Part shown: in pieces, positions 10,020-20,202 of the stretch
Layout: the number at the start of each line of letters is the position of its first letter
Numbering within the stretch: position 1 is the stretch's first letter
Assembly (NCBI GenBank): GCA_963728025.1
Contig: CAVSIF010000003.1
Coordinates: 20,596 to 84,595 of the forward strand
Direction of reading: 5' to 3'
DNA length: 64,000 bases
Source: an uncultured Actinomycetes bacterium
GTDB taxonomy: Bacteria; Actinomycetota; Thermoleophilia; Solirubrobacterales; 70-9
Notes under the pieces: model-generated
Seen by the model: the letters and a program-made list of their open reading frames with translations, nothing else
Told to the model about the DNA's origin: nothing
Database searches by the model: none
Position numbers and translations under genes: made by a program

Positions 10020-11299
10020 TCAGCGGACCGGGTTGAAGGCGAACCCGGTCATCACCTTGGGGAAGAAGTAGGTCGACTTCGGCGGCATGTTCTCCTCGGT
10101 GGCGGCGACGGCGCGGACCTGGTCGACCGGGACCGGGCGCTGGATGAAGGCGGCGTCGTAGCCGCCGCCGTCGACCATCGCCAGCGCCTGCTCGACGCTC
10201 TTCGCGTACTCGAGGCCGTTGCGCTCGTCGATGTCGTGGTCGCTCATCCCCGCCAGCCCCTTGAGGACCAGGGTCTCGAGGATCGCCGAGTCGAGGCGGC
10301 GGTAGGCTCCGGCTTGCCCGCGAGCCGGCGGTCGAGCGCGTCGACGTCCTTCAGCCGCAGCCGGTAGGCCTGCTTGTGGAAGGAGTCGATGAAGCCGAAT
10401 ACCCCGACGCCCTGCTCACCGGCTGGGTCGATCTCCTCGCGGGCGACCTCGCTCACTTCGAACAGCTCGCGCAGGCCCTCGCCGAGGGCGCGCCGGCGCT
10501 CCGGCTCGGCGGCGAAGCCGGAGAGCAGGCGGTGGGTGGGGAAGACGGTGAGGCCGGGGTCGTCGAGCCCGGTCAGCGCCATCAGCGTGTAGTTGTGCGG
10601 GCCCTCGCCGCCGACCTCGTCGCGGAAGGCGCGCGCGGTCTCGTAGCGGTGGTGGCCGTCGGCGATCAGCAGTTCGGCGCCGGCGAGGCGCTCGCTGACC
10701 GCGGCGTGGACGTCGGGGTCGGTGACCTGCCAGACGCGGTTGACGGTGCCGTCCTCGTCGGTTGCTTCCCCCCACGGCTCGGGCGCGAGTGCCGGCGCGA
10801 CCAGCGGCCAGGCGTCGGCGGTGCTGAGCGAGAAGATCGGCGAGAGGTTGTAGCCAGTCGCGCGGGTCAGCAGCAGCCGGTCCTCGAGCGGGCCGGGGTG
10901 GGTGCGCTCGTGCGGGCGCACGCCCTCGTCGTAGTCGACGACCCGGACGCGGGCGAGGATCGCGTTGCGGCTGTAGCTGTTGCCATCCGGCGCGGTGTAG
11001 TCCTGGGTCAGCGCCCAGATCGAGGGCCGCTCGTCCTCGACCAGGGCGCCGTCGGAGCGCCAGGCCGCGATCCGCCGCGCCGCCTCCGCGTAGGGGTCGC
11101 CCGCCGGGCTGCTTGCCGGGTCGGCCGGGTCGAACGGCTTCGGCAGGTCGATCGCGACCGCGTTGTACGGCGATAGCTCCAACAACCGCGCCCGCCCCGC
11201 CGCGTCGATCACGTCATAGGGCGGCGCCGCGACCGCGTCCAGCGACCCGACCGTCCCGAGGTCGTAGTGCAGCGCCTTGAACGGAAGCACGTCAGCCAT
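10020..11299 (-). CDS. DUF1015-family protein; frame broken by an apparent indel near 10305-10312
   Basis: Starts MADVLPFKALHYD and contains LIADGHHRYETA. The C-terminal YRRLDSAILETLVLKGLAGMSDHDIDE...KSTYFFPKV continues in another frame (listed ORF 10020-10247). Confidence 0.75.
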
Positions 11300-11325
11300 C
11301 GGCCGCCACTCTAAACTGAGCCGCT

Positions 11326-11399
11326 CGGGGTGTGGCGCAGCCTGGTAGCGCGCCGCCTTTGGGTGGCGGAGGTCCCCGGTTCGAATCCGGGCACCCCGA
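11326..11399 (+). tRNA. tRNA-Pro (anticodon TGG)
   Basis: Manual cloverleaf: acceptor CGGGGTG/CACCCCG, D arm GCGC-AGCCTGGTA-GCGC, anticodon arm CCGCC-TTTGGGT-GGCGG, T arm CCCGG-TTCGAAT-CCGGG, discriminator A. No encoded CCA. Confidence 0.9.
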
Positions 11400-11682
11400 T
11401 TTTGCTCTCGTCGCGCCTGTGAGCGACCCGGCACCCCTTCTTGGGACGAGTTCCGGGGCCGGCAGGATGTCCCGCGCCCCACCTCCAGGCCCCCTGGTCG
11501 CTCCGAGCCTGCACCAGATCGCGCGGATCAAAGGGTGGCTTTCTCAATGAGGCCTAATTTCGATTAGGCGAATACAAAATAACTGGATGTCAGAGTACTA
11601 GTACTGATCTGACACGGCAGTACATAGTTAGGTTCCCGCGCCTGCATTGACCCGGAAAAGTTTCACTGTTCGAAAGGGAGAG

Positions 11683-14170
11683 ATGAGGCAGATAGAGCGC
11701 GCGGTGCGGTGGTCGGCGATCATGGCGATGCTGATCTCAGTGGTGTTCATGGCTCAGTCAGCGTCTGCGTCTGCGTCATCGAAGATCGTCGGAGGAGAAC
11801 CGACGACGCACGCCTGGCCAGCTCAGGCACGGGTGGGGATCGGGGCCTCGAGCTTTTGCGGCGGGACGCTCGTTGCCCCCCGGTGGGTGCTGACCGCGGC
11901 CCACTGCGTGGCCGATGGTGACGGTGGCGTGCTGGCGCCCAGCGAGTTCCTGGTCACCCTGGGCTCGGGGAAACTCAACGGTGAAGGCGGCACCAATCAC
12001 GCGGTATCCCAGGTCGCGATGAACCCCTCCTACAAAGAATCGACTTTCGAGAACGACGCGGCGCTGCTGCGCCTCTCGACTGCCTCACAGCAGGCGCCCA
12101 TGGCACTGATCTCCAATGATTCGCTCTCCCTCGCGGCGCCGGGGCTCAGCGCGCGGGTGCTGGGCTGGGGTGACACTACTCAGGGAGGGAGCCCCTCCCC
12201 GGTGCTGTTGCAGGCCGACGTCCCGATCGTCGATGACTTCACCTGCGGCTCGCCATCCTCCTATGGCAGCAGGCTGTTCCCGGCGGTGATGCTCTGTGCC
12301 GGTCTGGCGGCGGGGGGCATGGATTCATGTCAGGGGGATTCAGGTGGGCCATTGCTGGTCTACACCGGCATCGGTGCCAATACCAGCTCCCCTCCCAGTA
12401 CGGAGGGCTGGAAGCAGGCCGGCATCGTCTCCTGGGGCGACGGGTGCGCGCAGCCGAACAAGTACGGCATCTACACCGAGCTGGGGAACGCCTCGATCCG
12501 CGCCTGGGTGCACCAGACGATCAGCGGCCTTCCGCTGGGTCTGCAGAACCCGTCGTTCGAGCAGCCCCTCAGCAGTGCTTCGAACTGGGCGGCGACGGTC
12601 TATGACTCGGGGGGCAACGTTGTGCGCAGCGGCAGCAACGCCTGTCCCTCAGGGCTAAGTGAAGCGGAGGCGCAGCGGCGCATCTGCCGCGTCGGGACCG
12701 ACTCCTTCCAAGTCATCGATTCCGGTGTGTCGAAAGACATCGTCGTGTCCCCTCTCGATGGCGACTCGATGCTGCGGCTTGGCGGCCCTTTTCACGTGTC
12801 CGGAGAGGGGCAGGCAATGGATCGCTATGTCGCCAGCCAGAGCTTCGTGGTCGATTCCGCGAACTCGCTCCTGCACCTGAACTACAACATGTTCACGTTC
12901 GACTACACGAACTTCGACGAGCTGCGGCTGCGGGTGCGGCTGTTCGATACCGGAGGGGATGTCGTCTACAACAAAGTCATCGGCTCGTTCGGCCCCAGTG
13001 GGGATGTCTCATTCAAGTCGACCGGTTGGAGATCGGCAAACATCGATCTTTCCTCTCTGGTCGGCGAAGAGGTGACGCTGCGCCTCGATTCGGGTGGCAC
13101 CCAGGACAACCTCTTCGGATTCTGGGCCTACATCGACGCCGGCACGGTTCCGGAAGTGGTGTCGCATCCCGGGCCGCCCGAAGTGGCGACCGAAACGCCC
13201 GCGGGCGGGCCGGTGATCTACCAAGTGCAGGAAGACGCCAACGGCCTCGCCTACTACAACTTCGCGGCCTCGTCAGTGAATGCCTTCACCGCCGTAGGAC
13301 AGTGCCTGAGCCTGAGGCTGCCGGTTCCGATCGAGCCTGGGGCCAGCACCGTTTCCAACGTTTCTCTTCTGCTCAATCAGTCGAGCGGGGGCTCTCAGCA
13401 GGTGCCGCTCGAGGACCCGGACGCGGACAATGTCTGGACGGTCCCGGCCGCCTCGAACGGCATCTGCGTTCAGAAAGGAACGCTGTACGTGACCTTCACC
13501 CTGACCGAGAACGGCGTCAGCCAGGACTTCGTCGTCCCGCTGGGCGGCATCACCCTGATTGATCCCCAGGGCGTCGTCTACGACAAAGAGCGGTTCGAGG
13601 CGAATATCGCGGCCGGCATGGCGCCGGACGCCGCGCGCGCTGACGCCGCTCTCGGTGGGGTGACGGCCACTCTGCAGCGCGAAGTGGTGGGCGGCGGGTT
13701 CCAGACCGTGCTCTCCGGCGACCCGGGGATCTCACCGAACGTCAACCCGGAGATCACGCCGTCCAGCGGCCCGTCCAAGGGCCTCTTCCAGTGGGACGTG
13801 GCGGCGGGCAATTACCGGGTGGCCGTCTCGCTGACGGGCTACCTCGACACGGTCAGCCCAGTGGTCACGATCCCCCCGGAGGTCACCGACCTGCACATCG
13901 CGATGCAGCCTCTGCCTTCGCCTGCTTCACCGGTGGTGCCGCCCCTCCTGTCGGGTGGTGTCCAGCCGCAGCCGCAGCCGCTGCCTCTGCCGGGCCCGGC
14001 CCCAGCCGCGACCTCGGCCCTGCGCCGGCAAGAAGGGCAAGGCGCTGAAGCACTGCCAGTTCCAGCAAAAACGCCGGGCGGCGCTGAAGCGATGCAAAAC
14101 GCTCACCAACAGAGAGAAGAAGGCCAGATGCATCAAGAAAGCGAAGGGGCCCGGCAGGAAAGCCGGCTGA
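11683..14170 (+). CDS. large secreted S1 serine protease with ~550-aa C-terminal extension and Lys/Cys-rich tail; apparent indel somewhere in 13960-14025
   Basis: ATG at 11683 preceded by AAGGGAGAG. Signal peptide, IVGG, WVLTAAHC, CQGDSGGPL. Carboxypeptidase-regulatory-like GNYRVAVSLTGY segment. From ~14020 the third-position G/C signal moves to the frame encoding CAGKKGKALKHCQFQQKRRAALKRCKTL...KKAKGPGRKAG (stop 14168-14170). Confidence 0.72.
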
Positions 14171-14606
14171 GCGGGGCGGGACGATCCCGGGGGGCGGCCG
14201 TGCTGGGGGCGGCCGCCACCCTGCTGGCCTCCGTTGGCCTCGGTTGCGGAGCTGAGGCCCCCCAGCCGCAGGCGGAGGCTGAGGTTGAGCTGACGATCAG
14301 TTTCGGGGCCCGGCGGGGCTGAGCGCCGCCGGCACGGTCTGGCGCTTGCGCTGCGGCCCTGTCGGTGGCGACTGGCCGCGGCCGGCCGCGGCCTGCGCCT
14401 CACTTGAGGCGGCGGACCTGGCCCCGATCGGCCCCGAGAGCCGTGACCTGGTTCCGATCGCGTCGCCTCCCGTGCGGGTGGCGGGCACGGCATTCGGCCG
14501 TCCGGTGTCGTTGGTCTTCGGAGCCGACGGGTCCTCGACCCGCCGCGCTCGCTTCGAAGAGCTGAGAGAGGCGCTGGGGCCGCGCGCATTCGCCTTGGCA
14601 CCTTGA
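14128..14606 (+). CDS. putative lipoprotein with subtilisin-inhibitor (SSI)-like domain; start uncertain; apparent indel near 14305-14312
   Basis: Lipobox-like AAVLGAAATLLASVGLGCG. ELTISFG then, in another frame, VWRLRCGPVGGDWPRPAAACASL resembles the SSI-family LTV...TLxCxPxGGxHPxxxxAC core. Confidence 0.5.
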
Positions 14607-14651
14607 CCGTTCTGGCTCCTGGACGTTTGTACACTGCGGTTTGCAGGCGTT

Positions 14652-14930
14652 TTGTCGATAGGGGACGGGATGAACGAGGGCGATCGCATTGAGCACCGGG
14701 TTGAGCGGGCGGTCTTCGAAACGGACCGGCAGCTGGTGGTCGGGGACGTGACCCTGCCGCCGGAGGGCTACCAGAGCCGTTTCTCGGACGTGCTCAACCG
14801 GCGTGACTTCGACTTCCTGCCGCTGACCAACGTCGAAATCACATCGCTGATCGACGGCAAGGTGAGCGAGCGGCCGTTCATGGTGCTCTCCAAGCAGCAG
14901 GTCCGGATCGCCTACCCGTACGGCGTCTAG
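14652..14930 (+). CDS. hypothetical small protein
   Basis: 92-aa ORF with good third-position G/C. No recognisable motif. Confidence 0.45.
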   Translation: MSIGDGMNEGDRIEHRVERAVFETDRQLVVGDVTLPPEGYQSRFSDVLNRRDFDFLPLTNVEITSLIDGKVSERPFMVLSKQQVRIAYPYGV

Positions 14931-14960
14931 CCCGCTTCCGGACTGCCGCAGGTGGGTGTC

Positions 14961-15264
14961 TCAGTCGCGCCGTGCCCGGCCGCGGTTCGCGTAGGCGCCG
15001 AGGTCGATCACGAAGGCGAGGATCACGATGAACCACTCGAAGCCGGTGACGGCGTCGCGGTTGACGCTCCACATCACCGCGTAGGCAAGCGTCGTCCAGG
15101 GCAGCAGGAAGAAGCCGAGCAGAGGCAGGAACCAGCTGTCGAAGGCGCGGCTGAGCAGGTCGCTGAACAGCCACAGGGCAAACAGCGCCAGGCGTGGCGA
15201 GATCAGCGCGAAGAGGGCGATGAAGCAACCGATCTGGTGACCCTATCGGGCGGTGCGAACGCAT
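14961..15264 (-). CDS. small polytopic membrane protein; apparent indel near 15240
   Basis: Minus-strand frame reads GHQIGCFIALFALISPRLALFALWLFSDLL...WFIVILAFVIDLGAYANRGRARRD but has no canonical start. ATG at 15262-15264 (MRSHRPIG) joins it if one base is removed. Confidence 0.4.
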
Positions 15265-15342
15265 TTAGTTCCGGATAGCGGAACCAAGTGCGTTCGGAGC
15301 GGCTGGACAGCCTCCGTAATGTTGTAGGCAGGAGGCAAGCAA

Positions 15343-15930
15343 ATGAGCCAACTCGAAACGCAGACCCACGCGGTGCTGGGCACCCCGATCAGGGCGCCGT
15401 TCCCGCAGGGAATCGAGGTCGCCTACTTCGCGCTCGGCTGCTTCTGGGGGGCGGAGCGGTTGTTCTGGGGGCTCGACGGCGTCTACACGACGGCGGTCGG
15501 CTACCAGAACGGGGTCACGCCGAACCCGACCTACGAGGAGGTCTGCTCGGGCCAGACCGGCCACGCCGAGGCGGTGCTGGTCGCCTTCGACCCGCGGAGG
15601 ATCGCCTACGCCGACCTGCTCAAGGTCTTCTTCGAGGAGCACGACCCGACCCAGGGGATGCGCCAGGGCAACGACGTCGGCACCCAGTACCGCTCTGGCA
15701 TCTACTACGCGAACGACGCCCAGAAGGCGACGGCGGAGATGGCGCGCGAGGCCTACGACGCCGACCTGCGCGCCGCCGGCAAGGCGCCGATCACGACCGA
15801 GGTCGAGCCGGCCGGGCCCTTCTACTACGCCGAGGACTACCACCAGCAGTACCTGCACAAGGTGCCGAACGGCTACTGCGGCCTGGCCGGCACCGGGGTC
15901 TCCTGCCGCATTCCGGCCGCCGCTTCCTGA
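15343..15930 (+). CDS. msrA: peptide-methionine (S)-S-oxide reductase
   Basis: GCFWGAE active-site motif. 195 aa, with YHQQYL near the C-terminus. Confidence 0.92.
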   Translation: MSQLETQTHAVLGTPIRAPFPQGIEVAYFALGCFWGAERLFWGLDGVYTTAVGYQNGVTPNPTYEEVCSGQTGHAEAVLVAFDPRRIAYADLLKVFFEEHDPTQGMRQGNDVGTQYRSGIYYANDAQKATAEMAREAYDADLRAAGKAPITTEVEPAGPFYYAEDYHQQYLHKVPNGYCGLAGTGVSCRIPAAAS

Positions 15931-15974
15931 CCGCGGCGTTACACCGCGGGCGCGGTGAATAGCATCTCGCGCCC

Positions 15975-18156
15975 GTGGCACCCTCCTTCGGCTCCTACAT
16001 CGCCGGCTGCCTCGCCCTGATCGGCATCGTCGCGGCACTCGGCCTCGGCGGCTACTGGCTGCGCCGCTGGATCGTGCCCGAGTTCTCCGGCGCCCTGGCG
16101 CGGCTCGCCGACGCGACGCTGGCGGTCGCGCTGCTGATCGTCTCGCTGCAGATCCTCGGTTCGCTCAGCCTCCTCTACTTCGGCTGGATCGTCGTCTTCT
16201 GCATCGCGGTCGGCCTCGGCGCTGCCTGGCTGGGACGGGCGAAAGCGCCGCGCGACGGGCGCGAAGTCGAGGCGCCGCGGGTCGAGACGATCGCCTTCCT
16301 GATCGCGCTCGGCGTCGCCTCCTTCACCGTCGCCGAGTGGACCTTTCCGGCCCAGGCGAGCCTCGACTCGGGGATGTTCGGCGGCGACACGACCTGGTAC
16401 CACATGCCGTTCTCGGCCTTCATGGCGCAGGAGCACTCGACCGTGCCCCTGCACTTCACCGACCCGCTGCGGCTGGCCGCCTGGTTCTACCCGGCCAGCA
16501 CCGAGCTGGTCAACGGCGCCACCATCGTCCTCTTCAAAACCAGCGACTGGCTGGCGCCGCTGCAGAACCTGATCTGGCTGCCGATCGCGCTGCTCGGCGC
16601 CTGGTGCGTCGGCCGCCCCTACAAGGTCGGGCCGGCGACGTTGGTTGCGGCTGCGATCGTCCTCGACGCCGGGGTGATGATTGAAACCCAGCCCGGCGAG
16701 GCCCGCAACGACATCATGGGACTGGCCTTCCTGCTCGCCTTCGCTGCCTTCCTGATCAACGGCCACCAGCGGCGGGCGCCGGCCAGCGGCGCGGTCCAGG
16801 ACACGCCCGAGCGCGACGCGCCGCTGCTCGACAAGGGGCCGCTGATCATGGCCGGCATCGCGGCCGGGCTGGCCGCCTCGGTGAAGACGACCTTCCTCGT
16901 CCCGGTCGTCGCGATCACCCTCGGCGTGATCATTTTCAGCGGCCGCGGCCGGCGCTGGACCACGACCTGGGTGATGGGGCTGCCGATGCTGGTCGTCGGC
17001 GGCTACTGGTACCTGCGGGCGGTGTTCAAGACCGGCGGCAACCCGATCCCGATCACCAAGTTCGGGCCGCTCAACCTGCCGACTCCGGACCAGATGCCGC
17101 TCGACCCGCGGCCGCGCTTCGCGGTCGCTCACTACATCGGCGATCCGACGATGTACCGGCGCTGGTTCTTCCCCGAGGCTCGACAACGCGTTCGGGCCGC
17201 TCTGGCCGCTGATCCTGATCGTCGCCGTCTGCGCCGCGGTCTACATCGCCTGGCGCTCGCGCAACCTGATCCTGCGGGTGATCGCGGTCGCGGCGCTGGC
17301 GACCGCGGTCGTCTACGTCTTCACGCCGCTGACCGCGGCCGGCCAGGAGGGTTCCCCGACCGGGTTCTTCACCAACACCCGCTACCTGACCCCGGGCCTG
17401 GTGCTGGCGCTGGTGCTGTTACCGATCGCGCGGCCGCTGCGGGCGCCGGACCGGCGCGCCTGGCAGACCTTGCTCTTCTTAACCGGGATCTACGCGATCA
17501 CGGTGCTGGCCACGCCGCGCTGGTTCACGCCCTACATCGTCGGCACCGTGTTCTTGACGCTGCTGCTGGTCTGGGCGCCGGCGGCGCTCGGGATGGGACG
17601 GGCGCGCGGCCACGTCAGCCGCGCCGTCGTCGCCGCGGCGGCGGCCGTTCTCGTCCTGCTCGCGGTGGTGCTGGGGCGGGCGCAGCAGGTCCAGTACGCC
17701 GAGCAGCACTACCAGAACCCGCTGCCGTTCCTCGGCGAAGGCGGGCCGCGCCAGGCCTACACCTTCGCCCACAACCAGGAGCACAAGCGGATCGGGATCA
17801 TCGGCTCGAGCCAGATCATCTTCGGCCAGTACGGGTTCTACGGCCACGAACTCAACAACGACGTCGAGTTCATCGGCGAGGAGGGGCCGAACGGCACCTA
17901 CCGCCTGCCGACCAGTTGCCGCCAGTTCCGCCGCCTGATCAACGAGGGCGACTACGACTACCTGATCATGAGCCAGTACACCCAGGACCTCGGCCCCTAC
18001 AACGCCGAAATTCTCAACCCGTACCAGTTCCCGGTCTACGCCTGGGTCAAGAACGACCCGGCGCTGGAGCTGATCATCGAAGAGCCGGCGATCGTGCCCC
18101 AGCCCGACTACGTCTTCAAGGTCAACGGCAAGCTCGACCCGGCCGCCTGCAAGTAG
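15975..18156 (+). CDS. large polytopic membrane protein (glycosyltransferase-C-like topology, function unassigned); apparent indel near 17171
   Basis: Many TM helices. After ...MYRRWFFP the plausible continuation RLDNAFGPLWPLILIVAVCAAVYIAW...VIAVAALATAVVYVF lies in the frame of listed ORF 17278-18156. Confidence 0.68.
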
Positions 18157-18157
18157 C

Positions 18158-18961
18158 TCAGGCGGGCGCGAGCGCGTGCGCTTGGACCAGCTCGGCGCTG
18201 CGCTCGGGCTGCTCCCACCAGAACATGTGGCCGACGTCCTCGTAGGTCTCGAGCCGGGCGCCCGGGATCAGCGAGGCGATCAGCGGGCCGTTCGGGTAGC
18301 CGAGCACGCGGTCGACGGTGCCGTGAACGACCAGGGTGGGGACGGCAAGCCGCGCGAGGCGGGCGCTGGTGTCGTGGGCGGCGATCGCCTGCAGCTGCAG
18401 GGCGATCGTCTGGCGCGGCGCCGGCAGCGCCGCCGCCATCTCGGTGAACTCGGCGTAGTTGGCGGCGCCGGCGGCGAAAGCGGGGGAGACGTTCAGCTCC
18501 CACATCGCCCGCAGGACGCGGTCCTGGTCGCCCGAGGACCACGCTTCGGCGAGGCCCTGGAAGTCGGCCGGGTCCATCAGCCGCGCGCCCGGGCCGCCGC
18601 AGTAGCTGCAACCGATCGTCAGCGAGCGCAGCCGCCGCGGGTGGGCGAGCGCCAGCTCCTGGGCGATCATCCCGCCCATCGAGATCCCGAGCACGTGGGC
18701 GCTCTCGATCTCCAGCGCGTCCAGCAGCGCCGCCGTGTCGGCTGCCATCTCGGCGATCGAGAAGCCCTCGGTCACCGGGCTGGAGAGGCCCATGCCACGG
18801 TTGTCGAAGGCGATCACCTCGAAGCTCTGCTCCAGCAGCGAGCGGAACGGCCGCCCCCAGGCCAGGCGGTTGGCGCTCATCCCCTGGATCAGCAGCAGCG
18901 GCTCGCCACCGCCGGCGCGCTCGTAGTTCAGCTCCACTCCCGGTAGCTCCACCGTCGGCAC
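18158..18961 (-). CDS. alpha/beta-fold hydrolase
   Basis: Nucleophile elbow GISMGGMIA and HG-like LLLIQGMSAN. Start taken at the GTG before VPTVELPGVELNYE. Confidence 0.8.
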   Translation of the reverse strand: MPTVELPGVELNYERAGGGEPLLLIQGMSANRLAWGRPFRSLLEQSFEVIAFDNRGMGLSSPVTEGFSIAEMAADTAALLDALEIESAHVLGISMGGMIAQELALAHPRRLRSLTIGCSYCGGPGARLMDPADFQGLAEAWSSGDQDRVLRAMWELNVSPAFAAGAANYAEFTEMAAALPAPRQTIALQLQAIAAHDTSARLARLAVPTLVVHGTVDRVLGYPNGPLIASLIPGARLETYEDVGHMFWWEQPERSAELVQAHALAPA

Positions 18962-19029
18962 GCGGCGATGGTACGCGAAGGGGGTCCCGCGGGACCCCCT
19001 TCGGCCGCTCGATCTGTGGTGGTGAGCGT

Positions 19030-19692
19030 CTAGGTTCCCGGGGCGAAGACGGTGAAGCCGAGCCCGTTCGCCGGGATCGGGACCCATTTCACTACTTCCG
19101 GTTCCGGTTCTTCCGGGGCAAGCTCGAAGGTCCGCACCTCGAGCTGGCCTTCATCGCATACGAAGACGATCCCGTCGGCGAGCGGTTCGACGAACCTCGC
19201 CCGACCGCCGCCCGAGCCGGCCCAGTCGATCGATGCGACGGGATGGTCGGTATTCGTCCCCGCCGTCGGCGTCAGGCAGTAAACGCCTTCGGGGCCGGGC
19301 CTCTCGACCGCGGCAAAGCCGGGGTGATCGCCGACGAAGACGATTTCTTCGTCTTCGTTCTGTCCGACGGTGCCGTAGGCGCCGCCGTTGGTCAGCCCCT
19401 GCGGCCCCTGGGTCCCTTGCGGGCCCTGCGGCCCCTGAGGCCCTGGTAGGCCGGCCGGCCCGGGCGGGGCCGGGGCGCCCTTGAGGCTGGCCATCGCCGC
19501 CGGGGTGAGTTTCGAGGCGTCGATCGTCGCTTTCTTGATCTTGGCGCCGGTGACCGCGCCGTTCTTCAGCTGTTTGGTGCCGACGCTGCCGTTCGGCACC
19601 GAGGCCGCCCAGGCGACGCCACCGAGCAGCATGAACAGGCAAAGCGTCGAAATGACGTTCGCGTACGACAATCTGCTGCGCAGATTTCGCAT
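19030..19692 (-). CDS. membrane-anchored protein with short collagen-like G-X-Y tract
   Basis: N-terminal anchor ISTLCLFMLLGGVAWA. GPAGLPGPQGPQGPQGTQGPQGLT is 8 consecutive G-X-Y triplets. Confidence 0.65.
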   Translation of the reverse strand: MRNLRSRLSYANVISTLCLFMLLGGVAWAASVPNGSVGTKQLKNGAVTGAKIKKATIDASKLTPAAMASLKGAPAPPGPAGLPGPQGPQGPQGTQGPQGLTNGGAYGTVGQNEDEEIVFVGDHPGFAAVERPGPEGVYCLTPTAGTNTDHPVASIDWAGSGGGRARFVEPLADGIVFVCDEGQLEVRTFELAPEEPEPEVVKWVPIPANGLGFTVFAPGT

Positions 19693-19772
19693 CAGGTCCT
19701 CCCGATGTAGGTCTTCTTTCTCTCCCTAGGCCAGCGGCCAGAACCGCCGGTCGCGCGTCAAACTACCACCGA

Positions 19773-19845
19773 GCCCCCGTAGCTCAGTGGACAGAGCACC
19801 GGACTTCTAATCCGACGGTCGCTGGTTCGAATCCAGCCGGGGGCG
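19773..19845 (+). tRNA. tRNA-Arg (anticodon TCT)
   Basis: Acceptor GCCCCCG/CGGGGGC, D arm GCTC-AGTGGACA-GAGC, anticodon loop CTTCTAA, T arm GCTGG-TTCGAAT-CCAGC. No encoded CCA. Confidence 0.9.
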
Positions 19846-19938
19846 TTGAGAGGGCTGGCCTGCCGACGTGGTGACGGTGGTCAAACCGCACGGAGGCTGA
19901 TGCTGTAAACTGCTGCATCAGATGAATGCACTAATTGA

Positions 19939-20202
19939 ATGCAGGAGGTGGGAGCGATCAAGGCATTGACGATCAGGAATGTGCCTCCCCACCTCGCGGA
20001 GGCTCTTGAGCGCGAGAAGCGACGGAAGGGCAAGTCGCTCAACCAGACGGTCATCGACCTCCTCGGGCAGGGACTCGGCGCGGAGGGCATGCGCTCCAAT
20101 GGACTTGGTCGCCTGGCAGGGGGGTGGAGCGAGGACGAGTTCCGCGACTTCGAGCGGGCGACCGCGCAATTCGAGGCGGTCGACGAGGAGCTCTGGCGTT
20201 GA
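19939..20202 (+). CDS. ribbon-helix-helix antitoxin (VapB/FitA-like); exact start uncertain
   Basis: KALTIRNVPPHLAEALEREKRRKGKSLNQTVIDLL is a typical RHH antitoxin N-terminus. Stop overlaps the PIN gene start (TTGA). Confidence 0.7.
   Translation: MQEVGAIKALTIRNVPPHLAEALEREKRRKGKSLNQTVIDLLGQGLGAEGMRSNGLGRLAGGWSEDEFRDFERATAQFEAVDEELWR

Noticed and set aside
11300-11482. 5' extension of the DUF1015 ORF (listed as 10244-11482), which would overlap tRNA-Pro on the opposite strand.
   Set aside because: The family-typical N-terminus MADVLPFKALHYD starts at 11299. The extension is antisense to the tRNA gene itself.
13955-14170. Listed 71-aa ORF read as an independent small gene.
   Set aside because: It has no ribosome-binding context. 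Its first third overlaps the Pro-rich end of the protease in an equally plausible frame. It is better explained as the shifted C-terminal tail of the protease.
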